From: Lama glama
Taxonomy: Eukaryota
Assembly: GCA_028534125.1 (NCBI GenBank)
Contig: CM052816.1
Coordinates: 59,212,001-59,276,000 of the forward strand
Direction: 5' to 3'
DNA length: 64,000 nucleotides
A program made the position numbers and the translations under genes. Positions 38,441 through 51,125 of this stretch are shown here, in pieces. Under the pieces are notes generated by a model, which saw only the letters and a program-made list of their open reading frames with translations, was not told where the DNA came from and did no database searches. How positions within the stretch are numbered: position 1 is the first letter of the stretch; every line of letters starts with the position of its first letter.

Positions 38441-40767
38441 GCTGTGTGTCTGGCATGTAGCATATCTCCTCAAGTTGTCTGTTCCCTGTCAACAGGTAAT
38501 AAGAACTTACTTAAAGACTTACTAAGACGGATCAGTGAATGATGTATGTAGGAGCGAAGGAGAGATGCAGTTCTTCCGGCTTTAAATCGGAAGTCTACAT
38601 GGCTTGTAGGAGCAAGAGGGCAAGCTACTCCATAGATGCAGTGCCCAGGTTTTGGGAGATAACAGGCAAGCTGAGTGAGGCTCAGGCCCCTTCAGCCTCT
38701 GGGCCTGGTGGAAGGAGCCAATCTCATGCCTGGGTGGAGATGGTCCTGTAAAGCTCCAGAGTCCTAGTGTCAAGTGGTGGGGCACTGACTAGAGCTCTCA
38801 TTCAGAATTTCCTGCCAGAGCTCCAGCACTGTGGGACAGAAATAGACTTTACTTTTCTTCTTTCTTCTCCCATTTCCTTAGTTTTGTTTGTGGAATGGCA
38901 GTGGAACTTGCCCAGGCATTGTTTCATTTTGACACTATAACAAGGTCTGTTCTGAATTCACTTTCTCCTTTAGAAACCTATGGAGGATCTATTGTTCCTG
39001 TGGACTTTTACTGATGTACAATTGTGTTTAAAATAACTTGTTCAAAGCATGTCTGGAAAATAGTAAGTAAATTATTTTAAGTCAAATGTGGTTGATGATT
39101 CCAGTTCTGAGTTTTCTGACTGCTCATGTAGATGAAAGTTCAGGCAAACACCTTTCTGGTTTTGAATGGTGGGAGTAATAATACTAATAGTGAAGCACCC
39201 AGCAATCTTGTGTATTGTAGCTCTAGCATGGAACTTGAAATAAAAAGATCTGAGTGAACCTCATTTTCCTCATCTATATAATGGGAATAATGAGAGCTGC
39301 TCTGGTTACCTCCTTGGGCTGAAGCTTGGTAAACTATAAAGATTTATACAACATTGGTTGTTGGTTTTAATATTTATTTTTCTTAACACCTTGGTCCTCT
39401 CTAGCTTCAAAGTGTCATTGAAACATTTTTTCAACAATATGGAACAGTCTAAAAGAAAGCATTGAAATAACATGGGAATTTGGGTAAAACATGCTTACTA
39501 ATGCAATTACCTCCATGACAGAGATCATTACTTGGACCAAGATATAATATTTGCTAAGGTCTGGGAAGGAGGAAGTCTGATCAAAATAGCAAAGGTCCCA
39601 GTGACAAATGAAAGGCACTTGGAAACTATGGTGCATTGTTCTGTTCTTCTGGAAGGCAAAATACTGCCGGGATGAAGACAGAGCCATTCCAAGTGGGTGA
39701 TGAAATGTACTTTATTGACATTATCAATAAGGATGTATTTATGGGAAACAAACATGAAGTATAGCTCACACTTACGGGACTTGGCAGGTAAGCATAGGGA
39801 AGTAAGATTTCTGAGCATGAGGCCTAAACCTTTGGGTTTATTCAGCATTGATTTTGTGCCTGGTTAGCTATGTGATTCTTAGGTCATTATGTTCCTCCAT
39901 GGACCCTCCACTTTCTCATGCATCAAATGGGCATAAAACTCTCCATTATACATTGTAAGAGCAAAGATCACATTTTTCACTGGAAGTAAAAGGCCTACAT
40001 AGTTTATCATTATTAGGTAATGAATGTTATTTTTTTTGTGGGAGTTTAAATCCAGAAGGATATTCAATAAAGTTAGCAAATCAAAGGCTTCTGTTTAATA
40101 CTTTGGCTTGTGTAATAAAACTTTTCGTTTTCTGTTTTGAGTTTTTTTTTTTTCTTTTTCAAGTAAGGGCATATATATCTACCCTATTGTTAGACTAATA
40201 AAGGAAAGAACATGTGCCTTTTCGGGACTGCAGATGAAAAGGGAACTTTATCATTCCAAATCCCCTCCTCTCTGTACTTCCTGGAATCTTGTGAGAACGA
40301 AGACTTTTGGTACATTAAATGCAAGTTCATAAAATAATTATGGCCGTGCCCTAAATTCATGCTTATTATTTCAAGTTGATGAATCATTGCTGGTTCCTGT
40401 AGATTTTTTTTAACTGGAAAAAAAAGTTAATATATTGATTGTTAAAGTTGCCAGGTTGACAAATCCAGAGAACAAAGAACTTTTCTTTTAGGATTAGATA
40501 GGAGTCATAGCATGTATAAAGCAGAAGGAAACTTTACAACCATTAGTTTATCGATGAGAAAGCTAGTGCAAAGTGGTAAGTTGTAACATATTAAGAAACC
40601 TTCAATGAGTGTGTTTTAGATGCTGGATATGCACTAAATCATTTGCGTGAATTATGTCATTTAATTCTCAAAACTATCCTCAGAAATAGATGCTATTGCA
40701 TATACTATATTAGAGGTAAGGAAGCTGAAGTTTGAAGAAAATAAGCTACTGGCTTAATGTTCATAGC

Positions 40768-41131
40768 TTGTTGATTCTCCTGAGCTGCCTTGATGTCTTA
40801 GAATCAGAATACCACAGACCAGTGCCTTAAATAACAGAACTTTGTTTCTCACGGCTCTGGAGGATGGTTAAGTCCAAGAGCAAGATGCCAGCCAATTTGG
40901 AGTCGGGTCAGAGACCTCTTCCTGGTTTGCAGATGGACCCCTTCTCGCTATGTCCTCACAAGGTAAAGAGAGATCTCTTTTTATAAGGACACTAATCCCA
41001 TTCACAAAGTTTCCACCTTCATGACCTGATTATCTCCCAAAAGCCCCACTTCCAAATAACATCACTATGGGGATCAGGTTTCAAAATTTACATTTGGATT
41101 TTGGTGATACATAAACATTCAGTACAAAGCA
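40768..41131 (-). mobile_element. MaLR LTR (MLT1A-like)
   Basis: 'aataccacagacc...ataacagaactttgtttctcacggctctggagg', 'ttttataaggacactaatcccattcac', 'acattcagtacaaagca'. Confidence 0.8.
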
Positions 41132-41169
41132 ATTGATGAGAAGAATTATTGATTTTTTTTACATAAGCA

Positions 41170-41650
41170 GTTGATTCATTTACATAATCAGTGAACATTT
41201 ATTGAGCACAAATTATGTACCACACACTGTACTTGGCATTGGGGACACAAGGTAAACCAATGAGATATGGTCTCATCTTTATGGTTTTTACAGGGCAGTA
41301 AGGGAGACAGATGTAAATTGTCACTCAAACACATAATTATAAACTAGGAAAAGTAGTTTCAAAAGGCAAGTATAGTAGTTGTGAGAGCAGGGAACCTCGT
41401 CTAGCCTAAAGAGTCAGAGTGGCTTTACAGAGGATGTAACCATTGAGCTGAGATCTGAAGGGTTAGCAGGAGTTAACTAGAGCAGTTAGAGGAACACAGG
41501 AGTGTTTCAGACTTGGGCAGTGCAAGTTCAAAGACTCGGCTGAAGCTGGCTGGGGTGGGGGTGGGAGGTAGTGGAGAGAAATGACAGGTAGGCAGGGGCC
41601 ACATTATTGAGGGTCTTGAGATAATTGGTCTTCATCATGAGAACAATGGC
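41170..41650 (-). mobile_element. L2 3' fragment
   Basis: 'aacatttattgagcac...cactgtacttggcattggggacaca', 'ttgagctgagatctgaagg'. Confidence 0.75.
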
Positions 41651-41855
41651 TTCCAGAATTACCTTCAATAAAGGTCACCAGTGAGCTGCTAGTTACCTGG
41701 TGTTACAGGCTTTCCCCAGTTTCCTTCCTCCCCAAATGTCTGGGGTACCAGAGAGCAATGGCCCTAGTCTGTAGTTTCTAAGTGACTCCAAGAACCTCAG
41801 GGCTCTGCCCCATTCCTCTTCCACTTCCTTGCTGTGAGACTATAGTAAACTCTGA

Positions 41856-41857
<2 letters not shown>

Positions 41858-41892
<35 letters not shown>

Positions 41893-41902
41893 GTGTGTGT
41901 GT
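41858..41902. repeat. (TG)n microsatellite, interrupted
   Basis: Direct read. Confidence 0.95.
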
Positions 41903-44900
41903 CTGCTCAGTGTTCATATCTTGCTATTTTTACCAAATGCCCAAATCATATGTGCTGAGGCCACTTAAATTCCTGGAACACAAATATTTTTTAAGATATA
42001 TGCTTGTCAAATATTTTGCTTTAGATCAAATTCATTGATATACCTTCATTAATAGCTCCAAAATTTGTATGCTATAAGATCTCCCTACGGTTGGGAAGGC
42101 ATTCCCCCACCACGGCCACCCTCCCTGACAAAAATCCTTCATCCATGGTCTGGCTGCTAAAATTCCCATCTAAGCTCCTTCCTTTGGACTAAAGCACTAT
42201 CTAGTATGTTAAAATAAATGAATAATCTGAAAACACGTAGCACTTAAGTTATCAATCATTTATAACATAGTGAAAATGAGTTTCGGATCTTTTCCATTAG
42301 GCAAGTTTTGAAGGAGAGAAATGGAAGGGACATACAGAAGGTCATTGAGTTCCTGGTTGAGGTGGGAAGGGGAGCTGAGAGGAGGGTGGAAGAGGGAGCT
42401 GTGGGGAAGGGATCCTGCTCTGCAAAGCTGACAGCTTTTAACAATGCCACTTTTCTTTCTTTCCTGTTCCTAAATGCTACTTATTTATTCTTTGGTAATT
42501 ATCCATTACAGTAAGTAAATTTCTGGTTAAAAGTTTTCCTATGGTTTCCTTTAGGCTGTAATTATTTGAAAACTCTTGATTAAAAATAGTAACTTGAAAT
42601 ACAAACACTTAGCCCTGGCGATATAACCAACCACCCAAACAGACTTCCTTTTTTCTTTTCACATTTAAGTTATTTTCTATTCAAATACAGTACTACATTG
42701 TAAAGGAATGATGTGCCGGAAGGCATCATTTGGCTTAATGGGAGATGCTACTTTGGAAAAAACATTAGCTAAATTTGACAGCAGCATGATCGAGATGATT
42801 GACACTTGAGAGTGGGCATCCAAGTTCCTTTCATGAATTGTAGGGAATTTGGCTTCAATTGAACATTTACTTATCAGCGTTTGTGCTTCTGGTTTCCAGG
42901 CAATGTATAAATTACTGCTTGCTTGCATGTGGTACAGAGAATCAAGGCAAATTACATCTTTTAGGAGACAACACAGCCTCTACCTGATTTCTAAGATATA
43001 GTAATATGAGGCCGACTGGTGAGAGGATTCAAATAGAGCCATGACGACATGGCGGCTTGGTGCTAACTCAGGAAGACCCTGGAATTCTGCTGTTACACTG
43101 GGCTTTTTGCTTGGCTGGAGTGGTTAGAAGGAAATGGTCTTTCTGTTCCAAATCTTTATCTCCAGTGGCTTTGAGGTGGTTTGTGAAGTTATGTTGGATG
43201 CAAAGTGAGTCATCCCTCTCTGAGGAACAGCCACTTCTGGATAGAAAGTGGTAAAATGTGTCACTACGTCAAAGATAGCCTGGGAACAGAGAGAAACTCA
43301 GGACAGAACTCTACAGATAGGGGCAGCTGGAACACAGTGGTGATCAGAAAGTGTCACTTGGGCTCTGCCTGGCAGGTGCACGTGGTGCCTGGTGGAAAGT
43401 GGACACCAGTCATGGGAACACGCAGTAGGAGTAATGGAAACACGTGACACTGATGCTTGTATCTTTCTGCTTCTTCAAGGGAAGTGCAACTTTCCCAAGG
43501 GGTCCTTCCTCATGGGAAGCTGGCTGGCTGTCCCGTGTCTTGCCACATGGAGAAGAGCAGTAGCTAGCAAGGGTGGTGGAGGGCGAGGCAGAGGAGGCAC
43601 TGGGAGAAGTTTCATCAGTAACTGCACTTGGAAGGGAAGGTTACTTGGTATATTTGATCAGACGGTAAGGGTGCCATTTTTTAATCCTTTAGCCCTTTCC
43701 CCCACTTATCAACCCCCTTTTTCTCCACCAAAATCATATGATTCAACCAGAATTTTGCTCAACAAGCATTTGAAGAGGCCAGAGGTAAAAAACTGGGGAA
43801 TGGTCTGAGGGCCCCAGCCTCCACCACTGTCCCTTTCCTTCTGCAGTTTATAAAGCAGATACTCCCTGAAGGGGAATCAGACTTGTAGACATCACCAACA
43901 CCTTTTCTGAACATGTTATTTGTACTATGTTTTTTCTGGTACTAGGCCACAGCAGTTGGTGGTGGCTGTGAGGTGGGGAAGAAGTGGAGCGTGAGGGTGG
44001 GTGCACTGTCACGGGTAGAGAGACGGCCCCTGCCCCACTTGCTCTCTAGGCACCATGACAAGCTGTCCCTGGGTAGCTCTCTTTCCGTCATGACCCTCAG
44101 TACTATTCTGGACTTCCTGCATTGTTTTCTCTCTCTCTCCAGAAGAAGAAAAAAGAGACAGAGTTTGGGGGACGTGTGGAAGTGGGCTTTAATGGGAGGG
44201 AGACTCACAAAAGTTCAGTGAAGCATTTCAGTGCAGAGGAGAGAGGCTCAGGGTCAACATTAGGAGGGTCTTACTGCCCTCTGTCCCCGTGGCCCCATGA
44301 GCATGCTCTTGCTCAATGTGTTCCAGGCTCCAAGGCTTCTTCTTCCTTCCTCCCCTACGTCCTCCAGAGAGATCCCATTTGTGATAGCAAATTGGGACAA
44401 TTTACCCTGTTCCCTAATTTTTGGAGCCTCAGTTACTGCTTGGAATGGGACAGCAGAAGTTCAATCTGCCCTTCTTACTGTTGGGGAATTAAAAGTCCAG
44501 CTACTAAGCAGAGATGTCTCCTCTTCAATGTGGATAGAAAGGTAACTGATTTCTTATTGAGTGTGCACAACAGAACATGCAGATAGGTAGTTCACAAGAG
44601 ACTGCAGAGTCAGGATGAAATTGCACACCATTTCTACAGCAAAGCAGAAGAAATAACAATAGAACATTTCCTGTCTCCCCAAGAACAAACAGGTGCATCT
44701 TGAGATAGGCTCCCAGGTTAACTCCAGAGGTAGGTGGTTACATTTTGAGGGGTTATGAGACCCATGACCTTGAAGACATCTGTGCATTGTAAAACTGGAG
44801 ACTGGGTTTATCTAGTCCCTCAAGAGACCCATCTACATCCCAAAAAGTTAGAGTAAGAACTCAGGTCCTTGATGTTTTCAAGGAGATCCTTACAGCTACC

Positions 44901-45689
44901 GATAGCAGAAGGGTTCTTACAAAGGGAACAAACCTCTAATGGACCCTCTCTCATAACTAAAGAGCATCCTGTTCCTTTTCAGGCCTCCATTCCTGAGGCT
45001 CATGCTGCTTTCATGGCTTTTCTCCTTTAGTATCAGCCTTTACCTGAGTGCTTCTGTGGTTAGGAGTCAGGCCACAGAGCAGTGTTTCCAAGTGACACTG
45101 CCCTCTGGCAGAATCAGCTCCTGTAGACATCAAGACACCCATTCCCTGAGTGCGAGGGGCAGAAAAGCAATCTAATTAAAGATCCCCAAACTAAACTATG
45201 ACTGATAGCACCCTTTCAACCTGCCCTCTAGAGCTTTCAACATGAGGAGGTAGGGAAATGCTTTTATCTCTTGAATCATGTTAAATCAGCTCTAGGAACT
45301 TGGAGATTGAGAGGAAGAAGTATCCAAGGCTTCTTTGCTACTGCTAGCTTGAATTTAATTCCTAATAACTACTCAGTGCATCTCAAATTTTAGTTTGATG
45401 CCTGTGATGCTTCCATGTTTAATTCAGCTTTGAGGTGGATGTTTTATAAAGCACCCTAGCTGATTCTGATGCTAGTGGTACCCAGAAACAGACTTTCATT
45501 GTGCTGTTACCCAACAACTACACATGAGCCTATCTGCCCAGCGAAGGGCTCCTAGAAGGTAAAGTAATACATGCCAACAGCGACATAGGCCCTCCTAAAT
45601 TGTGTATTTTGGAAACATTTACTGAAGTGTAGTTTGGGCTCTGGGAACCTAGTGCCAGGGACATTGATACATGTCAGAGGATACATACA

Positions 45690-45880
45690 GCACGCCAGAA
45701 AACTGGGTTAAACCAAGTTAAACAAGTATTTTTACTGTAGGACTTCTCAGATCCTTTGGCATGTCAATATACTATGATTCTCAAGGAGTAGTATATAACA
45801 AATACAAGGTTAACAAATAACTAAAATTTAAATGACCATAGAATCCTCTAAGTTTGGAGCACATGTTGGGAAACTGTGAT
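45690..45880. mobile_element. hAT-Charlie (Charlie4-like) fragment
   Basis: 'aaactgggttaaaccaagttaaacaag...tactgtaggacttctcagatccttt...ttgggaaactg'. Confidence 0.55.
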
Positions 45881-46059
45881 CTAGGAGTCTTTAGGGATGC
45901 ATCAGAGCCATTTTCTGTTTTACATAAATGGCTACTAAAATGCTTGATTTGGCTGTATAAAATAATACTAGATATGTAAATGTATGTGGGCAGCAACGTA
46001 TATACACACCAAATAGTAAATATCACACATTGAATAATACACCATCTCATGTGTCATAA

Positions 46060-46480
46060 CGAGTGTCAGTATACCGTTTCATTTAATCTTCATAATAATC
46101 CTGTGAGGAAGATACTATTATTTCTATCTGACAGTGAAGAAACTTGGATAAGGTCAAACTTAAGTAAAATTCCCTGTTCAGTCTAGAGGCACAGCTGACT
46201 GAGAATCCATGAGAACACAGTCTACAAAAAGGGCATCCTTACTACCCAAGACTTAAATCATCATCATCATCATCAACCAGGACTAAGTCTAGATCTGAAG
46301 GAAATAGCTGTGTGACCTTAGGCAGATTGCTCTATCTCTCTGTGCTTCCATTTCTTCATCCCTAAAACAAGGATACTGGAAGAACCTGCCTCTGAGGACT
46401 ACTGTTAAGAATTAAACGCAACAGTGTGCACCAAATTCTTCCAGCGGAGTTTGGCATACAGGAAGTGCTCCACAAACAGG
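46060..46480. mobile_element. Two MIR fragments in opposite orientations
   Basis: 'tcatttaatcttcataataatcctgtgagg' (minus) and 'agctgtgtgaccttaggcag...tctgtgcttccatttcttcatc' (plus). Confidence 0.7.
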
Positions 46481-46979
46481 GCCACAGCTAGCACACAGGA
46501 TGTCGTTTTGCTAGTGAGGGAAAAAGCTGTCCTTATTTGGGCAGACACACTGGAAAAGGCAGCCTTTCCTTTGGGCTGCCTCGGGCTGGTGCCTGGCCTC
46601 TTATCTTGGTAAGCAGGGTATCCCCCTCGGCTGGCCACCTTTCACCTAGTCACAGCCCGTTAACACTGAAGGCGGCAGAGGCTGTGGCTAGATGTTAGCT
46701 GTAGTAATTCCACGTGAGGGTGGGAATGAGGCTGAACCGGGATTCTCCTGCTGCCATCCTTGCCGATGACTGGGAGGGGGCCCTTGTTAAGTGGCGTGGC
46801 CGCATCTCACTTCTCAGATGCACAGTGCTGCGTGTAGCAGATGCTCATCTTGATAAATTGCAGTGAGAACAAAGGCATAAGGACAGCTGATCTTCTTTTT
46901 CTGTGCTTGGTACCAGCTGATCATACTTCCTCTTTCTCGGAGAGCTTCTCTGACAGAGGCGACTTGCTCTTTCAAATTT

Positions 46980-47410
46980 GGTCATCGCCCTCTGGCTTTC
47001 CTGTGTGAGTCAGCCTGGCTGCCCTTGTGCCCCCGGCTCCCTCCCGCGTGTGTGTCTGCAGTCGCTGGGCCCCGACCTCCCTAGGTAATCCCCCTCTGCC
47101 TGGGAGGAGCGTCCCCGCCCACGCTGCTGCCTAGGGACGTGCGCCGGGACGGGACGTGAGTCACGGCACCGGCCTCCGCAGCTGCAACTATTATTGGAAT
47201 GCCTGGGCACGCAGCGCACGCTCGCTGCCGGGATTTCACAGTCCTGTGCTCGGAGACCTGCAAATCCCACCGCGCTGCCGGAGGTTCCACCTGGGTGATC
47301 ACAAGGTGCTTTGTACTAAAGTCGGAAAGTTTCTCAGAAAGGTCTCTTTAGGCCAGGCATTCTGGCATTACGCATTCTCTCAACACCAACTGCGTGTCTC
47401 CAGCGTGTGC
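46980..47410. promoter_or_regulatory. CpG-rich enhancer/promoter-like segment
   Basis: Highest local CpG density in the window; TGAGTCA at 47006-47012 and 47157-47163, GC box ccccgccc, TEAD-like tggaatg/cattct, kB-like gggatttcac. Confidence 0.55.
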
Positions 47411-48234
47411 CCAGCAATGTGCCTGCCGTTATGGGTGGCTCAAAAGAAATCGTTCTAGAGTTCCACCTTAAATTTAGAGGAGGACACAGCAAAATGAAAA
47501 GCGAGAATGAATGTTGTATATCAGAGAGGCGGGAGGACAGATCTCTTTGGGCAAAGGCACATGGGAGAGATCAACCTGGGAGGAGAGAGGGAAAGAGGAG
47601 GAGACTGAGAAAAGGAATGTGTTTGAAGGACCCCAGTGATATGAGAAGTCTGGATAAAGATGTGGAGGGCAGAATGAGTTGGTCTTATTTATATGAAACT
47701 AAGTATTGTGCTAAACTGGAATTCTGAAGTTCTTTCTCTGTGCCAGGGTGACTGATAACCTGTATTGTCAGAGCCTTTACTGTTCTGAGTAGCGAACTTG
47801 CCATTTACACAATTCCTGTCTCCCTTTCAATAGATGAGGTGCAGAAAAGTAAAGTCCTGAGTTCAAGGTCATGTACCCAAGCAGGCTGCCTTTTAAGCAT
47901 TGTGACTCAGGGTAAGAATAGATATTTTTTCCAGGGTAAGAAGAGATATTTTTCCCAGGTGGATATTTGCAGGCAGGGGAAATAGGTTTAGTTCATTGAT
48001 TTGTCTATGCAATCTGGTGTGGAGCCCACCTCTTACAGGCTAGATCTTGATTTATGCCTAGCTGGCAGGGAGCTCAGGGAAGTTCTGGTGCTCGTTACAG
48101 GCTGGATAGTGCTGGAGACCAGGCATGGGTCCTGAGCTCGGGACTCCCAATTCCATGTTGGTCTGGCACTGGCTGAGGTACCAAGGGAGGGGGAGAGAGC
48201 AAGCAAGCGAGCAAGTGCGAGCGAGAGCAGTTAC

Positions 48235-48248
48235 CTTCCTCGCTGTCC
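48235..48248 (-). other. Candidate 14-nt alternatively spliced microexon of an unidentified minus-strand gene
   Basis: Minus strand: long U/C tract...caaatag|GGACAGCGAGGAAG|gtaact; 64-nt AG-free zone upstream; six YGCY downstream. Confidence 0.5.
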
Positions 48249-49251
48249 CTATTTGACAAAAACATGAGAACATGAGCGTGATAGAAAAAGAAAAAGAAAA
48301 AAAAACCCACAAACCTTTGGCTACAGCATTTTTGGATCCTAAGTAATAAAACCAAAAAGGAAAAAAGCAGCTCCTGGGGCAACATGGAGGAGGATCCTGA
48401 AAGAGGTTGCAGGTGGGCTGTGTCAGAGGTGCTTCAGCAGTGGGTGTGCAGAAAGAGAACGAGGGCTGAGAAATTCCTCTTCAAGTTGCAAACACAGACA
48501 GCATCCCAGGATGCCTAGGAGCTGCCTCTATCACTTCTTTCCCCCAGGGACAAAGGACAGGGAAGAGAGCCTGTGACTCACTTCACCTGACAAGATGGTG
48601 CTGGTTCAGGCACTTCCATAAGTAAAAAGCAATGGGTCTTACCCTCTGCCTAGGGGCCAGTCTCATCCTGAGGCTTTCTTCTTCCCAAGAGTAGCCACCT
48701 TATAAAGGGAAGAGAAAAGCTAGCCTTTTGTCTGTGGCTTGAATGCAGCTGTTCAAATTAACATGGAGAAGGAGGCGTAAGTGTCCACCTCAGACTGGGC
48801 CAGTGTGGAGCTTGGGATTGGCAGAGAAGAAGTGGAGGTTTGGGACATCTTTTTATTCCTTGATCTGAAAGAGAAAAGTTACACTTCTTCAGTTAAGACA
48901 AGCTGAAGGAGACTGGAAGGTTCCCTGAGGGACAGCTACTCATAAACTGGGTCATTGAGTTCTCTCCCCACCTCCTCTCATCCTCTCAGAGACGTCTGGG
49001 GATGCACATCTCAGCATCCTCCTCACCCCAAGTCCAGCAAGTCCTGGTCCCAAGAATGAAAGATGCCCATTTGAAGTTAGGATAATCGCATTGGACGCTT
49101 ATAGAACACATGGTAAGGACTTTACTGGAATCTTTTCCTTATAATTCTCTCAGCCCCTGTGAGAGACATCCTGTCACCATCCTCATTTTTTCAGATGAGA
49201 AAACTGAGGCACAATAAAGCCTCTGAAATCTGATTTAAAAGCTGCTACTTT

Positions 49252-49332
49252 TAGTACACCTGAAACTAACATGATATTGTACATCATCTAGAGTTCAATT
49301 TTTTAAAAATAATAATAAAATAAAATAAATAT
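49252..49332 (+). mobile_element. Extremely 5'-truncated L1 3' end with A-rich tail and 13-bp TSD
   Basis: 'tacacctgaaactaacatgatattgtacatcatctagagttcaat' plus (taaaa)n tail; 'aagctgctacttt' at 49239-49251 and 49333-49345. Confidence 0.85.
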
Positions 49333-50954
49333 AAGCTGCTACTTTAATAGGCCTCTAATGGACAGGCATCGTTCAGTGATTACAGTAAATGATTTTTAAC
49401 CAAAATAAAGCAATTCACTTGATGATAATATCCAAACAAGCAGCTGTTGGGTTGAAGACTAGAAGAAATGGTAAGTTTCCCATGAGTGTGTGTGTGTTTG
49501 TGTGATGATAAAGAGAGGCAACAGCCCAAAGGAAGTATTCATTTTCTAAGGCATTTGGTTGAACTCTTTTGTGGCGCAGAAATGTTGCATTAGAACTACT
49601 TAACTGGGGAAAAGGGCATTTAAAACCACCAGTAACACTAAAAGAACTCAAAACCACCACACTGTTTTTGCCAAAGTAATATCACCAGATAACTATGCTA
49701 AAAAATGAACCATGTAGCCAAAGGTCAGGACACCCTGGGAACGGAGCCTCCTGTTCGCGTGTCCCCTCTTTGTTCTGCTGCTCAGGTTCTGTGTCTCCGA
49801 ATTACAAGGACAGTTTTGCTCACGTACACTTGGGGACTTGAGACTTTTCAGTGTGCGTTCCAGACTTTTCAATGTGACCTCCCTGAAAACCCTTCCCAAC
49901 AATCCCTCCAAAATACAGGACCAGAAACTGCTCCTGCCATGTCAGTTCAAAGTTCACATCAGGACAGAGGTCTTCAGAGAATGAAATGGTATGCTTTGGG
50001 CATAAACAACCATTGTAAAGGAGATGATTTGGGAAATTTAGAAAAAGAAGGATCTGCAATTATTCAATCCAACGTCGACTGACAAACTTTCCAGTTCATC
50101 TTGTTTAAATCATGACCATCAGAAGCCTATTGTTTAGTATTTTTCAAAAAAAAAATTCACATTCTTGAGGTTTTTTGTTTTTTTGATTTGTTTTTGTTTT
50201 TAGATCTACTTCATACTCTGAATACTCATAGACTTTTTCAGGACCTCAGCAAAACAGAAATGTGAAAAAATAAAGTCCAAACCAACCCCAAATAAAATTG
50301 ATCAGCAACATTTTCAACTGAACCTTAAAACCAGTCAAAATGAGTTTCTCCCCATAAAACCACCAGGGAATTGTACAGAATCAGAACTGAAAGTATACCT
50401 TTTCTTAAACCACTGAATTAGACAAAATGGGAACATCAATATATTTTCCAAATTTGTATTCCAATTAGTTCAACTTTCTTAGTTTCTCCCCATTTCCCAT
50501 TAAACATGAAAAAGTCCCACTGGTTGGTATCAAGAATTTCAACACTTCCGGATCTACTAAAGGACGTGGTCAAAGCAAGGAAGATGACCGTTAAGACCAT
50601 ACTACTAGAGAGGGTGTCCCACCCACTGTCATAACTCGTGAATGCTCCACCTTTGTCATCTTGGGCAATAGAAAGGTTACCCTTGGGTTGGACTCTGCCC
50701 ACACACTTCTAAGCAGTCACACATGACAAAAGAAGCTACAGCCTTTGTGATCATGGGTTTCCAAGCAAACCCTGGAAGGAGAAGCAGCTTTTGAGCAAAG
50801 CAAGGCATGAGTTGAGGAGTTTTAATCCTGAGCTGACCTCTCCCCTCTTCTTTTATTTTCCCACTCTTTCAATCCAGGAACAGGTGAGCATGGAAGGTAA
50901 AGCCACTTCTTCTAGAAAGATGATCCGTATATTAAACAGTGCAGGGAAGGGAGG

Positions 50955-51125
50955 TTAAGAATCAGAAGACTTGGTTTCCAGTCTTCATTTGGTCTTTAAA
51001 TAGCATTTAAAGTTTAAGCAACTCAATTGTCTCAGAGTCAGTATTCCCATCTGTAGAATGGGATGATAGTACCTACCTGCTGTATACAGAGCTGTGAGGA
51101 ACAAAATGAGAGATGGCGTGATGCC
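50955..51125 (+). mobile_element. MIR fragment
   Basis: 'cccatctgtagaatgggatgatagtacctacc...gtgaggaacaaaatgagag'. Confidence 0.7.

Noticed and set aside
42291..42367. Plus-strand exon-like peptide QVLKERNGRDIQKVIEFLVE
   Set aside because: Weak donor, no recognisable homology and no partner exons.
49693..50702. ORFs of 72-125 aa in the repeat-poor block
   Set aside because: No recognisable protein similarity or flanking splice signals; more consistent with UTR or intronic sequence.
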